Assembly: GCA_976551045.1 (NCBI GenBank)
Contig: CDPCPM010000335.1
Coordinates: 3,286,001 to 3,350,000 of the forward strand
Length of the DNA: 64,000 nucleotides
Reading direction: 5' to 3'
Origin: Glaucostegus cemiculus
Taxonomy: Eukaryota
Shown here: one piece after another, positions 1 through 12,269 of the stretch
Position numbering within the stretch: the stretch's first letter is position 1
How the letters are laid out: each line of letters begins with the position of its first letter
Notes under the pieces: generated by a model
Told to the model about the DNA's origin: nothing
Database searches by the model: none
What the model saw: only the letters and a program-made list of their open reading frames with translations
Program-made: the position numbers and the translations under genes

Positions 1-429
1 AAGAACTGGTCTAACACTATTGGAAAAACACCAAAACACTTGGCAATGTAACACATGTCCAATCAAGTCATGTATATGTGTGTATCATAATGCATAGAGG
101 AAGGACTTACTTAGAAACATTCATGCACAGATTACTTAAGAGATGTGACATTGGAGCTATCAGGGTTGAAACGATTTTTTTCAGCATCAGCATATTAAAG
201 TATTTGTTCTAATGTGCATTTGTGCTTGTGGAACGAGTATATGTTATCAACAGTCCAACATAACATTTCTTGTTATACATTATCTGTAAGTTCATCTGCA
301 TCTTCCATCAGCATTCCCTCCAATACTTATCTGATCCCACCTCTTAGCTTGTACAACACAACCTAAAACAGAGAAACTTTCTCGTGAAACTGAAGTGAAA
401 ACTGCCTGGAGCAGTATTTTACCAGTTTG

Positions 430-725
430 TCATTTTTTTCTCTCATTCCTTCTATCCCTCCTCCAGACAGATTAGCTGTGATTAACAAACCTTCAGCACT
501 TCCCCCTGTCAGCACCTGTGCAATTTGTATAATTCAGTGTTTGTCTCCACCCTGTCACAGACTTTTCCTATTTGCCCTCAACTCCATGCAAATTAAAACA
601 TAATTAATCTTTCTTAATTCTGATGAAACTACATTAACCTGAAACAATAACTGTGTTTCACTCTCTACAGATGCTGCCTGATCTGTTGAGTATTTTTAGT
701 ATTTTCTATTTACTTGTGAGATTTG
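430..725. repeat. Penelope-associated interspersed repeat, degenerate
   Basis: Contains ctctctacagatgctgcctgatctgttgagtattt. The same motif recurs at ~9460, ~36710 (rc), ~41630 (rc) and ~45750, and related sequence flanks the GIY-YIG fragments at 11.9 kb and 36.7 kb. Confidence 0.6.
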
Positions 726-1454
726 GGAAGCACATGTTTGCCATCCTCTCCCCAAGACACCACCCTTCTGGAAGTGCCCTTTCTGGCTTATTTGGGCAGG
801 TATGTCCATTGAAATGTCATTTCTACCATAGTACGATGAATCGTGAAGATGCCATATTTGCTCAATGATGATTTCCTGTTTCCCTCTTCTCACTTCTCAC
901 CTCATGCCAGTCCAGTATCCACATTAGAACTGGAGAAGATCCAACTCTATATGCTGTCCCAGAAACTGGCATTTAGAGACAACTTGTATCAAGAGTGCAT
1001 GGCAATATTTGTACAGATTTCTCTACTTTTAAATTGTTGGTGTTATTTACTTGAATGATTTGTGTAAAGTTGACTGACTAATATATATTCAGGATGCATA
1101 ATGAAAATGCAAAGGCAATACATCAGATTATGCTGAATGTTACATTTGTCAATATGTAGTAATGCTTCTTGATAATGTGTATAGCTGTACAGCCAGTAAT
1201 GTCTTCTATATGTGCGAGCCTTCAGATGCTCAAGTCATGATTCTTTTCCCTTCAGATGGTCTAATCATGTGATTTTTTCCTTTACTATATTTCATGCTGT
1301 ATATGAAGACTGTTGTGAATTTACTCCTTTACACTCCAATGAAAATACATGGACTTATCCACAGGACGTGTAATGGTGACATCACTGACATATGTGTATA
1401 CATCAAGTTACAGAATGTTCTTATTAGTCTAAAGAAGGGAAGTTAGATGTTGTC

Positions 1455-1790
1455 CAGGAGTTGTACACCAGAGAAATGGGTCATGTCTGTGTCAACCATC
1501 CAGCACCCATGCACACAAAGCCTATTTATTTTCCTTTTGGGTCCTGTATAATACCTCCTCTTGATGTGCCTCCCTCCCCACTACCACCCCTGTACTGCCC
1601 TCCTGCCATGCTTCTACACTGGGGGAATTAATACTCTTAAATGAAACTACAAGCTATCATGTCTTTGGCAGAAGGGAGGAAACCCATGCAAACGCGAGGA
1701 GAATGTGAAACTCCATACAGACAACACTGGATACTAGGATCAAACTTGGGTCACTGAAGCTGTGAGGCAGTAGCAATAACTGCTGCATCA
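1455..1790 (-). mobile_element. HE1-like V-SINE (tRNA head, V domain, CR1-type tail)
   Basis: Reverse complement shows a tRNA-like head (gcctcacagcttcagtgacccaagtttgatcc) and a V-domain (tgtatggagtttcacattctcc...gcatgggtttcctcc). It is homologous to the copy at 18675-19020. Confidence 0.75.
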
Positions 1791-2989
1791 ATGAACTTCC
1801 CATTGTATCAGATAGTAGTTAATAGCTGAGGGACAAGACTTTACATGGATGTGTGTACCTGAAGAACGATAGAGATTTGACAACCACAATACTTGCTGTT
1901 ATGGTATCAACCTCCAGGGACCTTTACTTGCCAGATCTGAATTATTGACTGACTAGACATACTTCCCAATATCTTGGTTACATTTCAAAATGTTCACAAG
2001 CCAGCACAAGACTGGACTAATACTTGCCAAGAGAATAATACATGTCTATAGGACTATTATGAAGTCCCAAGATGTGTGGATGATAACACTGTTAACTTTA
2101 CTCACTCAGCTTGTGTGTCTAAGTACTTATTCCTTGGATTAATACACTGAAATATTGTGTTGGAATTGCAACAGTGGCCAGATACCAGAGGATAATAAAC
2201 CACAGTACAAGAAAAATGTTTCAACTTTTAACTTAGATATGACTCAATAAGGGGTACGTATTACCCATACTGCTTTCTGGATCCCATGATGCTAATGTTG
2301 CAGCTGAGATATTCAACCGGAATCTACAAATAACAAGTTTCTGATGTAGTCCTCAGATTTGGGTGAATAACATCCTTTGTCAAAGCAGGCAGTTCACCAG
2401 CAACTGGAGACGTGAATGCTCTTCCAGCTCCCCATTTTGAAGATACAACAGGCCAGTATGACTGAGAAAGGGTTCCACATTTTTAGGAGCATTATCTTCC
2501 AGACAAATCAGGTGGGATCTAGCTTTGGGCTGTGTCTGACCCATCATTATTACAGATGCTGTCAATGCTAATTTTCTTGTTACTGGATAGACCAGTCAAA
2601 ATTAACTTCTCCACATCAAGTTGACAATGACTGGCATTAAAATTTGTTCCCCTTGCAACTGAAACTAATTCCCACTGTTCTTCTTCTAGTTACTTAATCA
2701 TTCTTGACAGGAAAGCTGTTGAACTTTCAGGGTGTTCTTAAGTAAGGTGACCTGCAATATCTTTCATACCCTGTGCATATTTATCAGTCTGTCTCCGTGT
2801 TCAGGTTTGGACTGTTTAACTGAAGTCATTCTTCACAAATGTAATAACCACAGAATCTGACAAGGATCTTACTTAAGAATTTGTTCCTCTGTGCTTTTCC
2901 AACAGTTTATTTTTCTATGTTAGAGCTTTTAACTATTGGGGCTAGTGTTTTTTTTTCTCATTAGTGTCTCACTTCCAACTGAATGACAT

Positions 2990-3540
2990 AAAAACAGAAT
3001 AGCTAAAAAGCGTAGGAAAAAAAAACTAGGCCATTCAACCATTCAGGTCTGCTCCTATGGTTGATCATTCACTCCAGTACCAACTTCAGACCTTCACCCC
3101 ATATTTCTTGACCCCTTTACCATTATCAAATTCACTTTGGCTTCCACTGCCTTCGGTGACGAAGAAGGTCACAACCTACGGGGTGAAGAAATTTCTCCTT
3201 AGTCTGTGGATGCTAGTTCTAAACTCTTCAGACACTGGGAATACCTTCACTGTAGCAGGTCTGGCAAGTGTTATTAGAATTTTATCAGCTTCTGTGAGAT
3301 CCCCTCTCACTCTTCTATACCCCAGTGAGTGTAGGCCTAAATGACCCAAACTCTCCTCATATATCAAACCTGCCATCCCAGGAATCAGACTAGTAAACCG
3401 TCATTGACTCCCTCCGAGGCAGAAAATCCTCCTTCAGATAAGGAGACCCAATTGCACACAAAACTCAAGTCTCATCAAAGGATTTACAGCCTCAACAAGA
3501 CGTCCCTGTGCCTGTACTTGGATCTTCTTGCAACTATAAG
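2990..3540 (-). mobile_element. CR1 LINE 3' fragment, degenerate
   Basis: ORF 3176-3376 reads MAGLIYEESLGHLGLHSLGYRRVRGDL...LRRNFFT, matching the ORF2 C-terminus of the young CR1 at 31.6 kb (GLSYVERL...RRLRGDL...RKNFSQ). Confidence 0.85.
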
Positions 3541-5128
3541 GTAAACTGTCTTTCTGTTTTTAGAATCTAAATGGATATCATCAAATTTATGACATTAAGC
3601 TGCATCTATCATTTGTATATCTACAAAGCAATTTGTCTAAATCATATTGTAGGCTCTTTGCATCCTCTTCACAGCTTACATTTGCCCCTAGCTTTGCAAA
3701 AAATCATACTTGCCAGCTGTTTAGGGTGTAGGTTTAGCTGTTGTTATTTGGTGTAGGCTCCATTTAGGTGGCTGGGCTTGCTGCCTAAACAGTCAGCAGA
3801 ATAAGTAATATAATTAAATTTAGATGAAAAGGTCTTGTTACACATTTGGCCTTTAGTTTGATGAAAAGCATGTTGGATGTACAGTGGCTGAACCCACGCT
3901 GTATTATCTTGATGTTCTCCAAGGCTGGATTTATCTGGCCCTGCACTGAATATTTATTCCAAATTAATATTGAGTGCTTGTAACTAATCTTTATCCATTA
4001 TATTTGCAATTCCTTCATAATTCAGTATTAGAATATATGGTTTCACTTGGCCTCTGTATCTCAAATCACAATGTATCTTGCTAATTACTTCTCTAAATAA
4101 GTTTTCAAACACAATGTAAACTTCAGCACAGGCAGATGATCAAAATGTTCTAACTATGGAAGAGTTTACTGTTGTATCTAGTTACATTCCAAGCAATTAT
4201 TCATTTAGTCAAATAATTCCATGAGCTCATTACAGTTACAGCAAGGATAGTGTACAATCTGACCCCTGTGTCATCTGAGTCCTTCATGAGGTACAGTATC
4301 TTTGGGCGAGAGGTATGGCACCTCTCTCCCAGTGTCACTGTGTGGTTTGTAGCTTGGTCAATGCCCCATCATTGACCAGCAGACTGCTGAACAATGACTG
4401 TTGAATGGCCAGAACACTTCAATTTACTGTCTGGGCCTGTGCTTGGTGAATGACCACTGAAATGGTAATAGATAAACATGCAAGGTGTTGCCTTGGTTTT
4501 GATAGTGATAATTACGATGGTACCTTTTGCTGTATGTCACTGTCAAATTTACAGTTGCTGGACATTTATGTTATTGCATGCTATTGTATGGTATAATTAT
4601 AGCCAATCACTCACCTGGGCTCCTAGCATATGATATTAGAAATATTGTGAACACAGCACACTATGAGGAGAGTAACTATTGTGAATACACCACATATGAT
4701 GAGTCTGTCAACAACAGAAAAGGAGCAAAGAAACAGTTCATTTTTGAGAGGGAGGTCTTTTGTCAAAATCTCTTCACCTGTTCTGATTTAGCAAGCCCTA
4801 CCAGTATTTTACATCAACTGAAAATTCTTACAGACGTTTCAGAAGAATCAGTTACAGTTTAGATTTGCTCCTCTCAATGACATTCCCATCAAACCCTATA
4901 GCCTGAGCAATTTTTATTATATGAACATATGATAAGTGGGAGGAAGCAGTTCCTTCTGATTATTCCAAGTATCCTTTTAGAATCAAAGCATCTGTTTTTT
5001 TTGATGACTATATGTCATGAGACAAAGAGACAACTGCTACCATGTCAAGTGTTGAATCAATGCAAAAATAGTTCAATTTACCAGAATATATGTTTCTGTC
5101 TTTCTGGTCTCAGTGGGGAGCCTTGTCT

Positions 5129-5219
5129 GACAGAAGTACATTTTGGATATTCATGTTGCCCAACTGTTTGCAAAACATATGTAATATACCCACATTTTTG
5201 ATATACCTTCTGCTGGTTA
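5129..5219 (+). repeat. Local direct repeat, copy 1 (copy 2 at 7382-7487)
   Basis: Shared blocks gacagaagtaca, ttggatattcatg, aaaacatatgta and taccttctgctggtta occur in the same order at both sites. Confidence 0.8.
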
Positions 5220-5257
5220 AAGGACTCTACCAGGCATACACAGTCAGGACAATCCCT

Positions 5258-6139
5258 ATGATAGTGGATTTTAGGAGGGGTCACCGTGTGCACGCCCCGC
5301 TGACCATCAACGGGTCTGCTGTGGAACAAGTACGCAGCACCAAGTTCCTGGGGGTGCACATCACCGACGACCTGACCTGGTCCACTAACATTACGGCCCT
5401 CACGAAGAAGGCTCAGAAACGCCTCTACTTCCTGCGGAGACTGAGGAAAGCATACCCCCATCCCTCCGTCATGAAATCCTTCTACAGGGGGACCATTGAG
5501 AGCATCCTAACTCAATGTATCACTGTTTGGTTTGGAAGCTGCACAGCTGCTGGGCGGAAGTCCCTCCAGAAGATAGTTAGGGCTGCGGAGTGGATCATAG
5601 GTGTCTTGCTTCCATCCCTCGCAGACATATACAAAGACCGTTGTGTGAGGAAGACCAAAAGCATAATGGCCGACCCTTCTCACCCCTCCCACCACCTCTT
5701 CACAATTTTGCCATCAGGGAGGAGGCTTAAATGTATCAGGGCAAGAACGACCAGGCTGAACAATAGCTTCTTTCCGCAAGCCATCAGAACTGCAAACTCT
5801 CTCATCCCTCCATCTTCCTTTGTTAACACTAAGAGATGCTAGGTGCACAGAAATGCACCAGCACTTTAAATGCCTGACACCAGCCCGTTCACTTTAATAA
5901 CTATTTATTTATTTACTGGCCATTTTTAATTTATTCTGCGTAATAATTTAATTTCAACCTCCATAGCTTCTAATGTGTAATGTTTTGTACTGTGTATTCT
6001 GCCAAGTGTGTATGTGTGTCTCTGTTGGTTGTTATGTTATTTTTATGGGACGAGCACCTGAGGAGGACGGTATCTCGCTCCTATGCATACTATGTATGTA
6101 TATGGTTGTGACAATAAAACTGATTCTGATTCTGATTCT
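5258..6139 (+). mobile_element. Rex1/Babar LINE, 5'-truncated, young, with uninterrupted C-terminal ORF
   Basis: Open frame MIVDFRR...VEQVRSTKFLGVHITDDLTW...KAQKRLYFLRRL...FYRGTIESILT...HPSHHLFTILPSGRR...NSFFPQAIR with stop at 5840-5842. It is followed by a 3' UTR, AATAAA at ~6113 and a (TGATTC)3 tail. CpGs are retained. Confidence 0.93.
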
Positions 6140-7381
6140 TTTAGCAGTCAGATTGCCTTCAGCCTCTTGTAGGTTACAGAAGTAAAATAAAGTTTACTTC
6201 TGCTCGGTGCAACACTTTCTATCCATTGGCCTAACAATGTGGGCACCACACCTGCCTTTATCCAAATTGGTCCTGCCAGGATTTGTTGCATCAATGGATA
6301 CTTGGAAACAAACTGCAATATAAATGTAGCCTGTGAATGTAAATCTGAATACCGAACAGAGTCTCAATTTGCAGTGCTTCAGACTCACTTTTGGCTTTTG
6401 CCCATCATTTACATTCACCAGTTTTTAACCTTGGTGAATGCCAACACTACTTTGCACTAATGATAATCTCACAGGTATAGAAAGTCCAAACCAATCAAAC
6501 ACTCCAGCTGTTGCCATAGCTCAGTTTGTTAGTTTCTTGAATAGCTTTTCTTCACTTGGAACAACAAAGGAGCAAAGAATGTCCATATATATCACCTTTG
6601 CAATTTAATTCAAATCCCTACAATAACCAAGAACATTGAGGGAAAGCAATGTAGGGTATATAAAAGCTCAAATTTTAAAGTGGTGGATTTGTAAAATCGG
6701 AATACAGTGAGGATCAAGTGCAGAAATATTTATCAGGACATGCACACAAAAATAATTTGCAATTCAGCTGTGTTTATTTTTAAGGAGGCAGACTTATTAT
6801 ATTTGGCTTAGCAGCATACATTATGGGAACTTGCCCTGAATCAGAAATTTTTGAAAAAAAGCTATCTATGTACTTAAATAAAACCACCGGTGGCCATTTT
6901 ATGTTTGCTCTGTAATCACCTGTTAAGTGACTTGGAAGGCCCATGGATGGAAAAGGTATGCAGATGGACTTGATTCCCCTTCCTCTGTCTGCTCCCTATG
7001 AGTGTTCAAAGCCTCCCACAATAAGTCCCATGAACTTCCTAGCACTTTGAGTCACATTCAGATTTGTAAATACTACTCTGTTTAATCAGAAGAGTCAGTT
7101 TCTGTGTAATGCATTAGAATGAACTACAATGTTTATTTTTGTTTTGAAACTGGTCAATCTAGATTTTGTGTTGTGTCTTTTTCAACTCTCTTTAGTTCTG
7201 CTTTTCATTGGGAAGCAAGGAAATTGTCAATTCTTTAAGTAGATTGGAGCTTTCAATTTCACAGGTACTGCTATTCAATGCCTTTTTAGGTTTAACAGTT
7301 ACATATTCTGGTATCAAATACAGAGTGGAATAGCAACTTCAGTTTGAGCTGCATGGTTTGGACCACTGGCTCTTTATCTTA

Positions 7382-7487
7382 GACAGAAGTACAAGTTGGA
7401 TATTCATGCTGCACATAACTTGTCACTCAAATGCTTGACAAAACATATGTACTATTCCCAAATTTCTGATCTACCTTCTGCTGGTTA
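7382..7487 (+). repeat. Local direct repeat, copy 2 (copy 1 at 5129-5219)
   Basis: Same ordered blocks as 5129-5219, with a ~15-nt insertion. Confidence 0.8.
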
Positions 7488-8579
7488 CACAGCTGCTTGT
7501 GCCCAGGAGGCTTTCTTTCCCTGGTTTGGGGGAGATGCTGCTATTGGGTTGAGGATAGCCATGTAGTTATAATTTGTGCCATAAGCAGTTAAGCCAAAGT
7601 ACCCAAGATGAAGCACCTGGTGGCAGATGTACAAGATTTTTTTTTACTTCTACAGCCGACGTCATAAGTAAATAAAAACCAGAGTCAACCAGCCGCTCTC
7701 CCACTAAGCCCAATCTTTTTAACAAAAGGAAAGCTCTTACACCATAGCACCAGTGTTTAAAGTGGTACTCAGAATCTCTTCATATTAATCAACAATTATT
7801 GTGAGAATGGATTTGATTTCTTGGGTTATGAAATTAGAAAGGATCAATAGGAAGATGAAATGAGAATGGAAAACTCATTCACCAACAGAGAGCAGTTCAC
7901 AAATATCTAAAATAATTTTCATGTAGGATTTATAAACTTGATCAAATCGGTTTCTTTTAGCAAATGCCATGATCTTCCAACAAGACTACAAAAGCATGCT
8001 TGCAACCTGAACAGAACGTTGAACTCATTGACCACCAAACAATTGTCCTGCAGTAAAGATGGGAAAAGCAAGCAGGAGCTGTCTCACAGTCTGAGTGATG
8101 GAACTAGTTCAAGGATTTGTACAGATGAATCTCAATTCTACTCTGAAACCAATGGAAAAAAATGTCATCCATTGTTCTTGCCTTGATAATGTTGAATGGC
8201 AAGTCTAAGTTTCAGAATGCTGCTCTGGTGAAACAGCAAGGAGGAGGAGAGGAATGGTAGATCAAAGGTGGGTACTGCAAATTGGCCTTGATAACAGCAT
8301 TCCATTATGCTCAGTCTGTCCATTCCTTTTATTTAGGGTTTATGAAAGTTCCTCATTCTTATCATGCTTTTGAAGGCTCAGCTTTTGGAAAAAAACCAGC
8401 TTCCTTTTTTCTGAAACATCTTTTTGTCTGGTGATCTCATTGCTAGCTTTTACATCAAAATCTTAAAGGTTATGTCTTTAATCATCCATCCAGACCCCTG
8501 CCTAAATTCTTCACTTTATGATCCATGCCCCTGTCTCCATTATGGGACCACAGTGGTCAGTTAGCATAAAATAAACTTA

Positions 8580-8950
8580 CTCACTTGCAATTTTTACAGC
8601 AACCTTTAAAACATCAGAATATATCAAAACATTTTACAGGCATTAAAGTGCTTTGAAATCTAGTTATTGTTATCATTTAGTAAGTACAGAAATTAAGTTT
8701 TCTTATTTCAGGTGCTGGAAATCTATGATTTATTGCTGGAAGTATTTATCCATCAGGAAACATCTGTGAAGAGAGAAACAGATAATATTCAATCATCTCC
8801 CAAAAGTACTTCCAACAATAACTCTTATTTTGCAAGTGGTAATTTGATTTTAAAAAATCAAATCTATTTCTTGGTGCTTATTGTGAGGTAAATGTTGGTC
8901 TTGGCACTTGAAAGAAGTGTACAGTTCTTATTTTAAATAATGCCAGGACA
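8580..8950 (-). mobile_element. Deu-domain SINE (SacSINE1/AmnSINE1-like) with L2-type tail, interrupted by a Penelope-type repeat at ~8705-8790
   Basis: acttgcaatttt..acagcaacctttaaaacatcagaat..caaaacattttacag resembles the reverse-complemented L2-type tail. gaggtaaatgttggtcttggcact...gttcttattttaaataatgcca resembles the Deu core as I remember it. Confidence 0.55.
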
Positions 8951-8951
8951 T

Positions 8952-9520
8952 AAAGAGAATCAGAGTTAATACTTCAGGCTGAAGACCCTTTATCAGAACT
9001 GGACGTGAGAAAATGGGTCAGTTTTCAGTGATAGGAAGATAAAATGGTGATAAGCTGTGGATGAAGCCATCTGGTTGACAGATTAATGAAGGCAGTTTCA
9101 GAAAGAGAGAAAATAAACAAAAGAGCCTGTAAAAGAAAATGTGAAATGCAGGTCAGAGCTTTTGGAAATGCCAAGCAGGCCTTGCAGTGTTGGTGGAGAG
9201 AAGAAAAAAGCTGAGTTAATATGGATGGATAACCTACAGAAGAACTGGCCAGAAGAACTGGTTGATACAACTTCTCAACCAGTTACTGTATCAACTGCTC
9301 ATCTTTACAACAACCCTGAGCTCACCCTATCAGCAATACTCTCATAATACAATTCATTGTTCCCTACCTTCTTTGCAACTTGAAATTAACTTGTTTTCTC
9401 TCTCTCTCATTTCAGACAAAGGGTCTTTGACTGGAAACATTAATTCATTTTTTCTTTCCACAGACGCTGCCTGATGTGAGTATTTTGAGCACTTTGTTTT
9501 TCAGATTTCCAGCATTTGCA
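8952..9520. mobile_element. Non-autonomous Penelope-type element with inverted ends
   Basis: Left end gagttaatacttcaggctgaagaccctttatcagaa is an imperfect reverse complement of the right end ttcagacaaagggtctttgactggaaacattaattc. The purine-rich left half mirrors the pyrimidine-rich right half. Confidence 0.6.
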
Positions 9521-9526
9521 GATAAC

Positions 9527-10062
9527 AGAATCAGGTTTATTATCACTGACTTGTAAGTCATGAAATGTGTTGTTTTGCGGCAGCAGTACAGTACAAAGCC
9601 ATACAATTACTATAAATTACAAAATACACGAATAGTGCAAAACAAAAAGGAATGGCAAAGTAGATTTCATGGGCCGTTCAGAAACCTGATGGTGGAGGGG
9701 AAGAAACTGGTCTTAAATCATTGAGTGTGGGTCTTCAGGCTCCTGTATCTCCTTCCCAATGGTAGTAATGAGAAGGTGGCACATCCCGGATGGTGAGGGT
9801 CCTTAGTGATGGATGCTGCCTTCTTGAGGCACCACTTCTTGAAGGTGTCCTCAATGGCAGGTAGGATTGTGCCCGTGATGGAGCTGGCTAAGTCTACAAC
9901 CCTCTGCAGCCTCTGTACATTGGAGCCTCCATACCAGGTTGTGATGTAACCAGTCAGAATGCTTTCCACCATACATCTATAGTAATTTGCAAGAGTCTTT
10001 AGTGACATACCAAATCTCCTCAAAATCCTAACAAAGTAGAGCTGCTGGCTTGTTTTGATTTG
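9527..10062 (-). mobile_element. Rex1/Babar LINE 3' fragment
   Basis: ORF 9718-10065 reads QQLYFVRILRRFGMS...YRCMVESILTG...KDPHHPG...LPLGRRYRSL. The tail on the minus strand is aataaacctgattctg. Confidence 0.9.
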
Positions 10063-11379
10063 CACAACATTAGTTTGATAAATATTTCAGTTTGAGCAAT
10101 TTGCACCAACAAAATATGTATAACTTTCATCAGCAATTAGCGGCACAGATCTGCTTCGATTCAGCTTGCAAAACTGGCTTTAAATGGCATTTTTCTCTCT
10201 ACAATGTGTGAATTGTTGAATGGATGGATTTTTGGATCTTGTATATAGTTGTTTTCTGATGCATGAAATATGAAAGAAGGTTGAATTCTAAGAGTTCCTG
10301 TGGCCTTACAATTATCATGTTTGTTTCAATAATGACCTATTCTAGACGCCTATTTCAAGGAATTTACCAAACAGCATTAACTTGTAATCCATAAGAAGGA
10401 GAGGAATAATTGGCTGACATACCCAACAGCTTGCAGAATGCAATCTCACATCCGTTATGAGGGAGACTGATGTTGCACAGGACTGAGAGCCACAATGGGC
10501 TAGTTAGTTGGAGAGTTCCTGAGATAACCACCTGGTATGCTGGTTGGGACTCTGTTAATAACTGTAATAGACACTCCTATTGGCCAGGAGCAAGGAGATA
10601 AGCATTTACATGGGGATGTATAGGGACAAAAGAGACTGCATAATCTGGACCAAAAAAAACCCAGAATGTTGGGCTACTGACTTCTTCCAGCATTCTGTTG
10701 TAGAAGCTTCAGGCATTGCCTGGATTCACCCTTGCATGTGCCTTCATGCAGAATCTGCAGCCCATCCTTTCCAGCATGGAAAAGATGGCCAGCTCTACAT
10801 CAACATTGGCTTTGCTTACATCACTCTTTGTCATCATTCTTTGTTCTATATTTGGCAGGGGCTTGTGATGCTTCAGCAACCTGTCCTCAGCAGAACGGTC
10901 AGCTACCTGATGCCCTGCCCCAGGCGAAAGTCGGTGGGAGTCAACTCTCACATATTAAGATGGGATCATTTATGCTTCACCCAATGCAACACTGACAGTG
11001 CTCTCAGATTTGCCTATCACCCAGCTAGACCAGGTAGTTCAGTGCGCTCCAAAGACAGGTTGTTAAAGTATGGTGTTGCTTGCAGTCACCCTTTACTCCA
11101 TTTGCAAGCTCTTCCACTCCAACAGAACAACTGCCTGCCAGCATGGCTGAAGCCAAAAGGACAGCAATGCTTGGAGGTCATTGGCTAGGTTAGAGCACAT
11201 GGAAGACAAGAACTAATGCAGTGCAAAAGGGTGATTACACACAGATTGAATGGTATTGCTCTTGATTATATGAAAGATTTGGCATCTTGATTTGTTTGGT
11301 TCTACCTTTTATGACTTAAACAGGAGTAATGAGATTATCACATGTAGAGGGACATCAAAATTCCTCCATCACTATCGGG

Positions 11380-11910
11380 TTTTGGTTTTCTCTTTGTTCA
11401 TTTTCAGTTATAGGTGAATGTAGATGTGGGAGGTCTGCTTTAATTGTTCATCCTTACCTGGTGAGGAACTGCCTGCTGGAATCACTGCCATTTATCTGTT
11501 GAAGGAACACTGGCAATGGTACAATCTATTTCCAGTTGAGGTTCTTTGTGTGACTTGGGTCTCCTTTGGTTGTGTTAGGGTGCCCAAGCAACAGAACTGT
11601 CCTTTCATATCTAGGTGATACAAACTGAGGCTTTCCTTTATGAATGGGGAGAAGGTTTGACAAGTTGCTGCTGACAATTTGTGGCAAGATGCATATTGTA
11701 GGGTTTATGTCAGCGTTGGTCTGCAGCAGAAGGTCAAGAAGGTCTGCGATGCAGAAGGCTGTTTGGACAGAAATAATTGAAGGTTCTTTAGTATTTTTGG
11801 ACTTGCACTCATCAAGGCAAGTATAGAGCATTCTTCATCTATTAGGAAATATTGGGTCAATATTGGAGTGTGGTAGAAGGTAAGGGTGGTTCACTGTTTC
11901 CTGCTAAGTA
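11380..11910 (-). mobile_element. Probable ancient Penelope-like remnant (linker/GIY-YIG region)
   Basis: Frame-broken peptides TLTFYHTPIL, DLLDLL and KGQFCC fall in the order expected around a Penelope GIY-YIG domain. The match is very degenerate. Confidence 0.35.
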
Positions 11911-11934
11911 ACGTAGGGGATTCTTCGCGTAAGT

Positions 11935-12200
11935 GAAAATCAAACAAAAAGACTACAGATGCTGGAAACATAAAATGCTGGAAATACTCAGTGCCAATCC
12001 ATGTTTGGTTAATGCAATGTTGGGGAGGTCACATTGTGATCACCGAACACAGTACACTCTATTGGAAGAAGTGCAAGTGAATCACTGCTTCACCTGGAAT
12101 GACTGTTTAGGTCTCCGGATGGTAGGAAGGGAAGACGTGAAAGTACAAGTGTTGCATTGCCTGCAGTCACAGTGGGAATGTGTCATAAGGAGGGAGGTAG
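11935..12200 (-). mobile_element. Penelope-like GIY-YIG fragment plus terminal repeat
   Basis: Minus-strand peptide HCDCRQCNTCTFTSSLPTIRRPKQSFQVKQ*FTCTSSNRVYCVR is the zinc-binding lead-in to a Penelope GIY-YIG domain. It is homologous to 36970-37170. Confidence 0.8.
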
Positions 12201-12269
12201 TTGGTGAGAACCACCAAGTAAAAAAAAACATGCTTCTGTACTTTTGGTGCAGTGGAAAACTTATCCTGT

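Noticed and set aside
2280-2690. 61-aa minus-strand ORF and neighbouring frames with faint transposase-like words (VILACCIF; HYLPDKSGGI*LWAVSD)
   Set aside because: The hints point to different families on opposite strands, and none gives an ordered motif series.
4300-4380. Cluster of 7-8 bp hairpins as a structured ncRNA
   Set aside because: Stems this short are expected by chance, and there is no RNA family motif.
4527-4862. 111-aa ORF as a possible host exon
   Set aside because: Non-ATG start, no recognisable domain, and no supporting neighbouring exons.
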